Virus record (IMG/VR): IMGVR_UViG_3300013101_000013
Span: 1-52,149 of that record
Origin: a virus
Taxonomy: Duplodnaviria > Caudoviricetes
Length of the DNA: 52,149 nucleotides
Strand: one strand, 5' to 3'
Shown: in pieces, positions 18,529 through 27,574 of the stretch
Position numbering within the stretch: the first letter of the stretch is position 1
Layout: each line of letters begins with the position of its first letter
Translations under genes and position numbers: made by a program
The notes under the pieces: generated by a model
What the model was told of the DNA's origin: nothing
The model's database searches: none
Seen by the model: the letters and a program-made list of their open reading frames with translations, nothing else

Positions 18529-19146
18529 TTAGAGCTCGCCGATTTCCTCGGCAGTAGGCTCCTGGCCAAAGGAGGGAGCCGCACGACCCGGGCCTTTACG
18601 GTCCGGAATCACAGGCTCATCGATGACATCACGAGCACCAGGGACATAGTCCATCGCGGAAGCGATGTACTCAAGGACATTTCGACGAGACTGGCCTTCA
18701 GTCTCGGTCTTGAACAGAATGTCCAGAGCCTGGTAGCGACTGTGGCCGCCCAGCTTCGGATCCGAGTCCGACATGCGGACGATGCCCTTGATCATTTCCT
18801 CCACCACCGTATAGCCGATACCGGGTGTAACGAGGATGGCGACCTGAGCCTTCAGAGCCGCCGGCTTCTTGGGTGCCCGCAGAATGGGCTTGTCCGTCAC
18901 AAGGAGTTCCTGGCGACGAATACCGACACGGATCTGACGCTTCTGGATCTCCGTGAGGAAGTCCGGAAGGCGACACGTCGGCTGAGAGGCATTGAGACAG
19001 AAGTCTGTCCCAGGGAGCTTGTAGAGAGCTCGCATGGTCAGGTTGAGAGAGAGCGTCTGGCTCTCGAGCCGCATGGGCACGACAGACGCCTGGGAGGAGA
19101 TGGCTTCTTCAGCAGTCCCGCCCACAATTCGATCCTGGTTCGGCAT
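18529..19146 (-). CDS. Hypothetical protein following the major capsid gene
   Basis: 205 aa, GAGG RBS. Confidence 0.65.
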   Translation of the reverse strand: MPNQDRIVGGTAEEAISSQASVVPMRLESQTLSLNLTMRALYKLPGTDFCLNASQPTCRLPDFLTEIQKRQIRVGIRRQELLVTDKPILRAPKKPAALKAQVAILVTPGIGYTVVEEMIKGIVRMSDSDPKLGGHSRYQALDILFKTETEGQSRRNVLEYIASAMDYVPGARDVIDEPVIPDRKGPGRAAPSFGQEPTAEEIGEL

Positions 19147-19163
19147 AACTAATTGTTCCTCTT

Positions 19164-19204
19164 AAAGAAAAAACCCGAGGCAGGGCGTAAGCCCCGCCCC
19201 GGGT
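19164..19204 (-). terminator. Intrinsic terminator after the major capsid gene
   Basis: Minus strand CCCGGGGCGGGGC-TTAC-GCCCTGCCTCGGG followed by TTTTTTCTTT. Confidence 0.85.
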
Positions 19205-19227
19205 AGATTACCAGGATCAGCGACGGA

Positions 19228-20703
19228 TTAGGCTACCGGCAAGTTGCCAGCACCAGTCGCGTCGTCGAGGTCAGGCAGTCCGGCGCCGCCCGAAGCATCC
19301 CACGTGAGGAGATCTTCGATGGCGTAGCTGCGTGCGATCTTGACGTTCTTGGCCTGGCGAGTCGCCTGGCCTTCGTTCAGCAAGGCCATCGCGTAGCGTT
19401 CCCGGATCTTGACCTTGTGGATGTCACGGGCCGGGTCCTTCCACTCTTCAGTCACCGGCATCTCGTCGGTGATAAGGACGCCGAGCTCCTTGCTGTCACA
19501 CATGATGATGTCAGTGGTGTTGAGTGTCGGGTTGTACGGAATGAACGGGCTGATGATGATGCGGAACGGGACCGGGAAGAACTGCGAGGGCGGGGCGACA
19601 TAGGTCGTCGCGACTGCGCTCGGGTCCGAAACGGTCGTGTTCTGGTTCAACCCACCAACGCGCCACTGCGGGGCATTGCCCACAGAGCCCTGGTAGGGGT
19701 TGAACATCTGGGTTCCGTGCGTGAAACCGTAGTTCCGGAGGTTCGGATCAACGGCGAAGATGTACCACCCGTAGGGGTTCATGATCAGCGTGTCCGGCAC
19801 GAAGCCCGAGTTGCCCATGTCCGCGAACATGGAGAACAGGTCCTGGATGTGGAGCGTACCGTTGTAGGTACCGGTCGAGTCGCGGCCCGTCGTGAAACGA
19901 TCCGTGCCCGGAACACCGGTGTTCTCGAAGTACGTGATGCCCTGCTCAGTGATGAGCTTCTGGGCCTTCTGCTCCTTCCAGCGGATGAGAGCACGACCAG
20001 CAGCCGAGAGGTGCATGCGCATGATGTCCCACTGCGAATAGCGGATCATCTCCTCGGTCATCTTGATCGCGATACCGCTCTTACCGATCTTCGTGGTGAC
20101 CTCTCCCGAGAACTCGAGGCGCTGCTCGGGGTACTCACCACCCTCGGCGATGTCGGCCGCCTGCATGGCGCTCATCGCGGGGAAGGTAACGTGGGTACCG
20201 TTCTGGAAAGAGATGTTCTGAAGAAGACCGGTCAGCACGATGTTGGGCTCGATCGCTTCGCGAACGAACTCGGACACCACGCGCGGAATCAGAATCGGCT
20301 GGTCAGTCGAGAACTGCGTATCAACGTAGTCCGACTTCTTGAGCTTTCCGTCGACCACGTCACGCATGCGCTTCTGGTCGGCCTGAACGAAGTGCTCGTA
20401 CTTGTAGCGAATGTGAGGCTTGTCCGGGTCATACCCGTTGTTCCGCCAGATGTCGCACATCTTGCGGAAAGCCTTGTCGATGTCGCGGAGCTGACGGCGG
20501 GGGAGACCGGCGCGCATACGAGCGAGCTCGATGTCGTTGCCGGCACCCTGCAGTCGGTTGTCCGCCTCGTCAGCAATGCGCTGTTCGAGGACCGGATCGA
20601 GAGCCTTGAACAGGCTTACGACCTGCTCACGGGTGTTCTCGTCGGTGATCTTGTCGAAGTCGACGCCCTGGTCCTTCAGGGAGTCGAGAAGCTTGATAGC
20701 CAT
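19228..20703 (-). CDS. Major capsid protein (HK97 fold)
   Basis: IPRVVSEFVREAIEP...IAEGGEYPE...KIGKSGIAIKMTEEMI...PDTLIMNP...KVKIRERY. Start reassigned to ATG 20703 (MAIKLL). Strong codon bias and a downstream terminator. Confidence 0.9.
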   Translation of the reverse strand: MAIKLLDSLKDQGVDFDKITDENTREQVVSLFKALDPVLEQRIADEADNRLQGAGNDIELARMRAGLPRRQLRDIDKAFRKMCDIWRNNGYDPDKPHIRYKYEHFVQADQKRMRDVVDGKLKKSDYVDTQFSTDQPILIPRVVSEFVREAIEPNIVLTGLLQNISFQNGTHVTFPAMSAMQAADIAEGGEYPEQRLEFSGEVTTKIGKSGIAIKMTEEMIRYSQWDIMRMHLSAAGRALIRWKEQKAQKLITEQGITYFENTGVPGTDRFTTGRDSTGTYNGTLHIQDLFSMFADMGNSGFVPDTLIMNPYGWYIFAVDPNLRNYGFTHGTQMFNPYQGSVGNAPQWRVGGLNQNTTVSDPSAVATTYVAPPSQFFPVPFRIIISPFIPYNPTLNTTDIIMCDSKELGVLITDEMPVTEEWKDPARDIHKVKIRERYAMALLNEGQATRQAKNVKIARSYAIEDLLTWDASGGAGLPDLDDATGAGNLPVA

Positions 20704-20723
20704 CTGCTTGTTTTCCCTTTCCT

Positions 20724-21713
20724 TTATGCGACCTGAACGACGATGACCAGACCCCACCAGTATCCCGAGGCATCAGCCTCGGAGAAGGTGAGGTAACCCG
20801 GAACACCGAGGGTACCCGAACCCGGCAGGGCCAGACCAGGAACGGTCTGAACGAGACGGGTGCTCCAGTAGCCCCAGTTCTGGTTGAGTTCCGCGACGTC
20901 GACGTTACCCGCGGTTACAGCCGCAGTGATCGTCTGGCCGGCAGACGTGGAGGTCTGCTTGCCGATCGGGAACTTGTCGATGCAACGACCGACGGTGTAC
21001 TCGGCGACCTTGTGAATGGCCCGCTCGATACTGACGGTGTCAGTAGCGATACCAGTCATCATCAGATCTTCCACTTCGTCCTCGACTCGAGCGAGACGAC
21101 CGGGCGAAGCCGCCGAGCCTTTGTCCGCCCAGTTGAGGGTCGGAAGCAGACCAAAGTCCAGGCAAACCTTGTCGCCGGGTGCAATGGTCATTTCCTTGGC
21201 CGTAATGGCCGGGATGAGGATGGCCTGGTTCTGGACCAGGACCTGCGTCACCTCCATGTTCCGGTTGTAGTTCGTGTACCGGTCACCGAGGTACGGTGCG
21301 AAGACAGGCTGGGGGACAAGCCCGATGGGCTTGTTGGCTGCCACGGTCTGGGTCGAAGCGCCAGCCGTAGTGACCACACCGCTGATCGTTCCGTCCCCAT
21401 CGATGTCGGGGCTGGAACCCCACTCCTGGTCGATGTCGAGAGCGGAGTAGGTCAGGGTGTAGGCATTCGGACAGGCCGGCACGAGGGGTCGATCGTAATC
21501 GATTGCCCAGTTGCCTTCAGCTGCGCCAAGACCTCGGCCTACGAAAGTTCCGGGAAGCAGGACCACCGGGTCGTCGTCGTGCGACTTGTCGATGGCAGCA
21601 ACCGGAAGGAAAGCAGCCGGCTGGAGAGCCGGGATGCTGGGACGAGTCCCTTCGTAGAGCTCGTGGTATGCCCAGCTCGTCTTTGCCTTTTCGCGGGCAA
21701 TGCGATGAGCCAT
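20724..21713 (-). CDS. Putative head decoration/structural protein
   Basis: Between the protease and capsid genes. PAAFLPV...VVLLPGTFVG...ANKPIG...VPGLALPGSGTLGVP. Confidence 0.55.
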   Translation of the reverse strand: MAHRIAREKAKTSWAYHELYEGTRPSIPALQPAAFLPVAAIDKSHDDDPVVLLPGTFVGRGLGAAEGNWAIDYDRPLVPACPNAYTLTYSALDIDQEWGSSPDIDGDGTISGVVTTAGASTQTVAANKPIGLVPQPVFAPYLGDRYTNYNRNMEVTQVLVQNQAILIPAITAKEMTIAPGDKVCLDFGLLPTLNWADKGSAASPGRLARVEDEVEDLMMTGIATDTVSIERAIHKVAEYTVGRCIDKFPIGKQTSTSAGQTITAAVTAGNVDVAELNQNWGYWSTRLVQTVPGLALPGSGTLGVPGYLTFSEADASGYWWGLVIVVQVA

Positions 21714-21753
21714 GGGTTAGTTCCTTGTTGGTTCTGGTTGTGAAGAGCGACGA

Positions 21754-23388
21754 CTAGATGTCCGACAGATCGTCGGGAGTCGGTTCGTCGCTAAACGCCG
21801 ACTCGTTCGTGGTGTCCTTCTGAGGGTCACCCTGGTTGGTCTTATCCATGTGGCTATCCACCGGAACTTCGCCCTTATCCCTGTCGAACAGGAACTCGGA
21901 CTTGTTGTCGGTGAGCTTACCCACGGTGGTTCGGACCTCCGGGATGGCGTCACGGACAGCATCCTGGAGAGACTCGACGGTTCGTTCGGCGTACTCGCCA
22001 ACGAGAGCCTCGAAGTCTTCCTGCTTCTCGACACCATGGGTATCGAGATGCCCCGTGATCACACGGGAGAAGGCGAGCTGCTGAGCGAGCGCAACGCGCA
22101 GGGCGTCACGGGTGCTGGACAGCTCATCGGAGCGGGCTTCGATCTGCGACTGACGGGTATCCGCCAGGCTCTGCAGCTCGGAGATCTGCTCCTTCTGCTG
22201 ATCGATCGTGTCGGTCAGCGTCTTCTGGACCTTTTCCTCGGTGGTCAGGTCCTTGTTGTCCTTGGACGGCGGAGCCTCGGGCGTCGGCGCGTCCTTCTGA
22301 GTCTTGGTCGTCATTGAACCTTCCTTGTTCAAAAGCGCATCCACGCCTTCCTGGACTTTGTCCAGGATTGCCTCCGCCACCTTGGCAGGAGAATGCTGTT
22401 GCATGGAACCATCCGGACTTTCCTTATCGTCACCTTCTGTGCTGGCGGGCACCTCTAGATCGATGAAGGATACGTGCGTGGCACCACGAACGTTGTCGCT
22501 CGAGTACGGGATCTTATCATCCGCCCCCTCTGGGCGAATGAGCTCAGTTGTGTGGCCCTCGGAGTCCATCAAGGTCACCTGGGCGTACTTGTCGAATGTG
22601 CCAATGCCCAGGGACTGGGCATGGGGTAGTTTCAGATCATCCTCGACCTGTTTGAGAGTGTCCTCTACGTCTGCGACGGAGGTCACCTTAGCGAAAGCAT
22701 TACCCGGGATGTTCACGAAACTAACCTCGTGGTAATCCAGGAGGCCAGTGATGAGGTACATAACCACGGTCTTGGTCTGGTCAGTTCCCTCTACTTCGAC
22801 CTCGTAACGACCACCAGGATAGTGCTGGCAAAAGTCCTGGGTCTTTCCGATGTTGTGCTTACAGATCGAGCACCAAGCATCAGGAGAGCTCTGACCGGAC
22901 GAGACTGTCCGATAGCGACCATCAAGGATCTTGAGCATGGCATCCGGATCCATGATCTCAGCATCAATGACGATCTTGCCCGAGCCTAGGTCATAGCGAC
23001 CGGCCGGGTTCTTGAAGTCATCCTTGAACCGACTCTCATCGGACCAAAGGCGCTCGAATTTGGCACCTACAACACGACCGATGGGGTCGCCATCGGTCTG
23101 ATTGTGGTGGGTGAGGACAGGCTTGTTGAAAGGCGCGAGACCGCCTTTCTCTTCTGAAACCCATGTGCCCCAGGACCGTCTATCGCTCATGAACTTACCG
23201 GGATAGACCCGATTGTTCAGGAGATAGCCGGAGTAGGTGGCATCGACAGTGATGATCAGGCTGGTCTTCTTCGACTTCTTGGCGTCGTCGAGGAGGTTCA
23301 GCGTGTCTCCATAGAGGAAAGAGAGGGGTGTCCCCTCTTTATTCTCCTCTTCAGGAGTCAGTGCGTAGAAATCCCTAAACCGATACAC
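21754..23388 (-). CDS. Prohead protease with C-terminal scaffold region
   Basis: KPVLTHH...PIGRV...KILDGRYRTVSSG...CSIC...EVSFVNIPG, followed by an acidic coiled-coil tail. Confidence 0.8.
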   Translation of the reverse strand: MYRFRDFYALTPEEENKEGTPLSFLYGDTLNLLDDAKKSKKTSLIITVDATYSGYLLNNRVYPGKFMSDRRSWGTWVSEEKGGLAPFNKPVLTHHNQTDGDPIGRVVGAKFERLWSDESRFKDDFKNPAGRYDLGSGKIVIDAEIMDPDAMLKILDGRYRTVSSGQSSPDAWCSICKHNIGKTQDFCQHYPGGRYEVEVEGTDQTKTVVMYLITGLLDYHEVSFVNIPGNAFAKVTSVADVEDTLKQVEDDLKLPHAQSLGIGTFDKYAQVTLMDSEGHTTELIRPEGADDKIPYSSDNVRGATHVSFIDLEVPASTEGDDKESPDGSMQQHSPAKVAEAILDKVQEGVDALLNKEGSMTTKTQKDAPTPEAPPSKDNKDLTTEEKVQKTLTDTIDQQKEQISELQSLADTRQSQIEARSDELSSTRDALRVALAQQLAFSRVITGHLDTHGVEKQEDFEALVGEYAERTVESLQDAVRDAIPEVRTTVGKLTDNKSEFLFDRDKGEVPVDSHMDKTNQGDPQKDTTNESAFSDEPTPDDLSDI

Positions 23389-23399
23389 CTATGTCATCC

Positions 23400-25676
23400 T
23401 CACTTGCCGGCTACACCATAGTTCATCCGACAATGCCGTCGAATGCAAACGAGACGGTTCAAGTCCTGCTCGACCGGAACGAGCTTGGAACCAGCTCGGG
23501 GGCATTTTGCTCCGTCTTCATGAGATACCAGGATCGCATTTGAACCGACCGCACGAGTTCCGAGTTGGAAGCCGTACGCATAGGCGAGCTTAGCCTGTCG
23601 GCTGGCGCAGTCCATTAGATCTAGCCCATGAACCTCAAGATTTGAGCGCATAGAGAGAGCTTGAGGCGGTCGACCGATGCCCCAGAGGCGCATCACACCC
23701 ACACTGGACTTCAGCGTATCCTTGAAGGAATCCCGAACATGCTTACGAAAGAAGAGATCTAGCTCATCCCGCGAGACGTAGTCAGGAGCTGCATTCTGGG
23801 GGCCAACAGCTGTATCAAAACCGAGCTCAATAAGCGGAGTGAGGTACGTTCGGGACTCGATAAGGATCCCAGCCTCCGCTGAGCGGAGGTGATGAATCAA
23901 ACGAGAAGCCTGGAAGTCAACCAAGCTACCCTTGCCCTTCACGTACTTCGGCTTAGATGTGTTCTTCCACCCATCTCCGATGTCCGGATCCTCACCAGGT
24001 CGGAGAGTGACACCACCAAGGAAGGCATCTGAAGCCATCTGATAGTGGTAACGGATCTGCTCACGGAACTGGACCTCGAGAGTATCTCTCCGGTTCTTCG
24101 AGATCCGCGGCTTAGCCTTAGTGCCATGCTGGTTTGTCGGCCGGCTCTTACTCGTTGTGGTTGCCTTGGAGGCAGCCTGAGCGGCCTTCGCTTTACTCTC
24201 CATCTCGGAGGTAGGCTTCGTAACTTTGTCGAGGACGAGCTCCTTACGCTCCGCGTCACCAATAGGCTGACGGCCACAGTGACGACGAGCTTCGGTCTCG
24301 GTTATCAGATTGCCCTGGTACTGCTCGAGAGCATGCACTTCCTGTTGACGCTGCTCGGCAGTATCGATCGGAGCAAAGTCGAGATAGACCATGTCTTCCT
24401 CTGGGCGAGAAAGGTCTACCTTGAAGTCTCCCTCCATCAGGAGGGGGAAGAACAGCTTCCAGCTGAAGGTTTCCTCAACAATGCGCTGAACGTCTGTGCA
24501 GGCATCTACGAGGGTCTGGGTAATAGATTGGGCGGTGTTGCGGTTCGCAGAGTCTCCACGACCCAGATCGATGTCCGAGAGACGGAGACCTCCCAGTACG
24601 CGCGACTCGAGGTGCTCGAGGTACGGCTTCAGATCGATCGCTTTGTTCTCAGCGCCTACGAACTGGATGTCATATCGCTCCGTGACCACAACACCACCCT
24701 CAAAGTCCAGGTCCTCCATCTTCCCCTGGGCAATATCCACCTCAGGAATCATGCTTCCACCCGGCATCATGACCTCGTCAGCCGGCTTCTTCTCGGTACC
24801 AATCTTGACGACCAGAAGAGGGAAAGCGTGCTTGTGAGCGATGATATCGACCAGCTCCTCCAAACGGCGGAGAAGCCTCATGTCGTCCAAAACAGGGATG
24901 ACGTAAGGGGTACCGAATATGAAACCCGTCTTGCGATCCACAAAGAGGTGGACCACATCAGTCGGCCGGAAGAACTTGTCCTTCTGGCCGCTGCCCGTGA
25001 ACCCGTAGGTCCCCATGCTCTGGCGCCACCGCTCAGTAAGCCCTGACCTTGATTGCTTCACGCTCATGGTGATCGGATCCGCCGGGTAGAGCCCGGAGAT
25101 CGGTTCATGAGTCCGTCCGTGAAGACGGATCTTCCCGCCAGAAGAGCGAAGCGGATCTCGCTTCAGGACAATTTGATGATTGGCGTAGCTAAAAAGGTTG
25201 TTGAAGGACTCTCGGAGGACCTGACCGAAGGTCGTATCCGAGATCATCATGATCTCGTTGATCCGCCGGGTGATGTATCGAACCCGCTGCTGATCACGAC
25301 CGACGATGCGCCAACCGTTCTTCATGCAGAGCTCGCGGTGCCGTTGGATAGCACGAGCGAAGTAGGACTCGACATCGATCGCCTTAGCGATCTCTCCAAG
25401 GTTGTGAACCGGACCACGGTAGTCCGCATTCTCGCCTCGGACACTGGTGATCCCGCGGCCGCTCTGCCAACTCAGGGTCCCAGGAGACTGCCGGCGGAAC
25501 TTCCGCATGGCGGTCTGAACGTGAGAAGGAGTAGTAGTCTCGGTGCCAGACTTCAGTCTGATGTCCTCAAGGAGAGTGCGCTGCTCCTTGAGTCTTTCAC
25601 CAATACGATCGATACCATCGTTGAGCTGCTCTTCCAGCTCATTGATGGTGGGTGCATTCCTGTTCCAGAAGGCCAC
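23400..25676 (-). CDS. Portal protein with C-terminal extension
   Basis: DVVHLFVDRK...FGTPYVIPVLDD..LLRRLEE...LITETEARRHCG. Upstream of the protease. Confidence 0.8.
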   Translation of the reverse strand: MAFWNRNAPTINELEEQLNDGIDRIGERLKEQRTLLEDIRLKSGTETTTPSHVQTAMRKFRRQSPGTLSWQSGRGITSVRGENADYRGPVHNLGEIAKAIDVESYFARAIQRHRELCMKNGWRIVGRDQQRVRYITRRINEIMMISDTTFGQVLRESFNNLFSYANHQIVLKRDPLRSSGGKIRLHGRTHEPISGLYPADPITMSVKQSRSGLTERWRQSMGTYGFTGSGQKDKFFRPTDVVHLFVDRKTGFIFGTPYVIPVLDDMRLLRRLEELVDIIAHKHAFPLLVVKIGTEKKPADEVMMPGGSMIPEVDIAQGKMEDLDFEGGVVVTERYDIQFVGAENKAIDLKPYLEHLESRVLGGLRLSDIDLGRGDSANRNTAQSITQTLVDACTDVQRIVEETFSWKLFFPLLMEGDFKVDLSRPEEDMVYLDFAPIDTAEQRQQEVHALEQYQGNLITETEARRHCGRQPIGDAERKELVLDKVTKPTSEMESKAKAAQAASKATTTSKSRPTNQHGTKAKPRISKNRRDTLEVQFREQIRYHYQMASDAFLGGVTLRPGEDPDIGDGWKNTSKPKYVKGKGSLVDFQASRLIHHLRSAEAGILIESRTYLTPLIELGFDTAVGPQNAAPDYVSRDELDLFFRKHVRDSFKDTLKSSVGVMRLWGIGRPPQALSMRSNLEVHGLDLMDCASRQAKLAYAYGFQLGTRAVGSNAILVSHEDGAKCPRAGSKLVPVEQDLNRLVCIRRHCRMNYGVAGK

Positions 25677-27574
25677 TATCCCTCCATCTCTTTCAGCAGT
25701 GCCTCAAACACTTCTCGACAGCGTTTCACAGAAGAGGGGTCTTCTCCGTCTTTCACACCGTCGATAGGTCCGGTACGAATCGTGGACTGGCCCATCTGGG
25801 GGATTGTATCTCTCACAGCCCCGGGGACACCATCGGGCACTTCGATCGGCTTTGTATCCCCAAAGTACTTCGAGATGTCATCTGGTGACAACTTGATGTG
25901 AGGTAGATCAGGGACTCCCTTTGTGAACGTATCGATCGTCTCGTCTGTATACACGCCACCGTCTTCGGCACACAGTAGACCAGAATCGAGAGCCTGAATC
26001 ACCTGACTGAATGTACCGAGGAGAGCTTGAAGCTTCCGGCGTGTGTTCAGTACGTACCATCGCTGCTGCATGGAGCTGCCAAAGGTGAGGTCCCAGCTGA
26101 GGCTGATATCAGGGATCAAGTCGACCAAGACGATCACCAGATGATCAATCGCAGCAAGGATCATGTCGATCATGTGCTTAACCAGAGGGCATGCGAAAAG
26201 CTGGTTCCACTCCTTGTCGGAGTGAATCTCGAGGCTCTCGAGGATCGGGTCACCGATCTTCCTGCTTACCTTCTGGATCAGATGCACCAGCTCCTGCTTT
26301 ACGCGCTGATTGATGATCGAGATGAAGTTCGCAGCTAGCCGACCGAAGTCGACCTGCAGGATGGGTCTCTGGCTCATCAGGAAGATCTTGAGGAGCTGGT
26401 TGACCTTCCGAATCCACTCCACGTCCTTCTTCTCAAGGAAGAGCCCAATGCAGCACAGGGTGTCTTGTCCGAGATGGGAAGAGAGGACTTGAGCGATCGT
26501 GTTGAGCCCCTGATCCAGACGCGTGGTCTGGTTGTGAAGCTCACATAGGTACTGGCTGTTAGCAGGAACAATCGAGTCGGCGATGGCCGCCTCGATAGCG
26601 GGATTATGTCCACCTCCACGTGTTGCCGTATGGCTCCCGAAGTTCAGCTGATTAGCATGCTTCTCCGAGTAATGAGGAGCTGCACGCCACGACATCATGG
26701 CTTCACTGCGGATATGACGAGATTCGTAGTACCCGAGCCACATCTCGTAGCCGGTCTTCTCAGTTCGACCAATGAAGTCGAGGGAGTACTTGAGGATCAG
26801 CTCATAGTCACCCTCTCCCATCTTCCGAGCAGCTAGCTTCTGCATCTCAGTGGGAACTTCAGCTTTGGCTCTCTCGATGACTGTATCGATCGATTCCGAG
26901 GAGTAGGAGCCGCTCTGGGTAAGGAAAGATTTGAGAGTCTTCTCCTCGAGTCCATAGATGAGCAGCTGCATCGTGAGACCTATAAGAGTGTCGCTGAGAA
27001 CCGAGCCTAGCTCTGTCGCAGGGGGCCACTTCCCGGAGACAGCCATAGACGTGCTTTGAGCACGCCAAGGGCCCATCAGCTGATGCAGAGTCCAGATGAT
27101 CATGAGCTCGGAGACATAGAGACCCAGCTGGTTGTCGTCCAGATCAGGGTGCTCCGACTTCGAGGTCTTGCCCTTGATTCTCAGGTCGTCGGATACATCG
27201 TTACCGGTGAGGTCATCGAAGTCCTCAATCTTGATGGCTTCCTTCTGACGTTCGAAGTGCTCGATCGTGTCCTTGAAGAGATCGAAGGTGATCCGATTTC
27301 CATCCTGGACCGTAGCGTCTTTTCGCCGGACAGCCCTGCGTACATGGCTATCCTGATCAGGGACATCGATCCACGGAGGGGCAGCCTTCTCCGTAGCGTC
27401 GGCTAGGCGCTTGGCCTTGTTACCAATGCGAGCCAGACTATCGAAGAGAGCTTCCGCATTGGGGAGATTGGACTGAGCTTCGAAGTCAGCATCAACAGAA
27501 CGACGAGGAGGCGTCTCGACGATACGTCGTTCTTTGTTGAACTCAGGGGTCCCGTCGTACCAGGGAGTCGACAT
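25676..27574 (-). CDS. Hypothetical helical protein between terminase and portal
   Basis: 632-aa ORF overlapping both neighbours by 1 nt. Confidence 0.7.
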   Translation of the reverse strand: MSTPWYDGTPEFNKERRIVETPPRRSVDADFEAQSNLPNAEALFDSLARIGNKAKRLADATEKAAPPWIDVPDQDSHVRRAVRRKDATVQDGNRITFDLFKDTIEHFERQKEAIKIEDFDDLTGNDVSDDLRIKGKTSKSEHPDLDDNQLGLYVSELMIIWTLHQLMGPWRAQSTSMAVSGKWPPATELGSVLSDTLIGLTMQLLIYGLEEKTLKSFLTQSGSYSSESIDTVIERAKAEVPTEMQKLAARKMGEGDYELILKYSLDFIGRTEKTGYEMWLGYYESRHIRSEAMMSWRAAPHYSEKHANQLNFGSHTATRGGGHNPAIEAAIADSIVPANSQYLCELHNQTTRLDQGLNTIAQVLSSHLGQDTLCCIGLFLEKKDVEWIRKVNQLLKIFLMSQRPILQVDFGRLAANFISIINQRVKQELVHLIQKVSRKIGDPILESLEIHSDKEWNQLFACPLVKHMIDMILAAIDHLVIVLVDLIPDISLSWDLTFGSSMQQRWYVLNTRRKLQALLGTFSQVIQALDSGLLCAEDGGVYTDETIDTFTKGVPDLPHIKLSPDDISKYFGDTKPIEVPDGVPGAVRDTIPQMGQSTIRTGPIDGVKDGEDPSSVKRCREVFEALLKEMEG

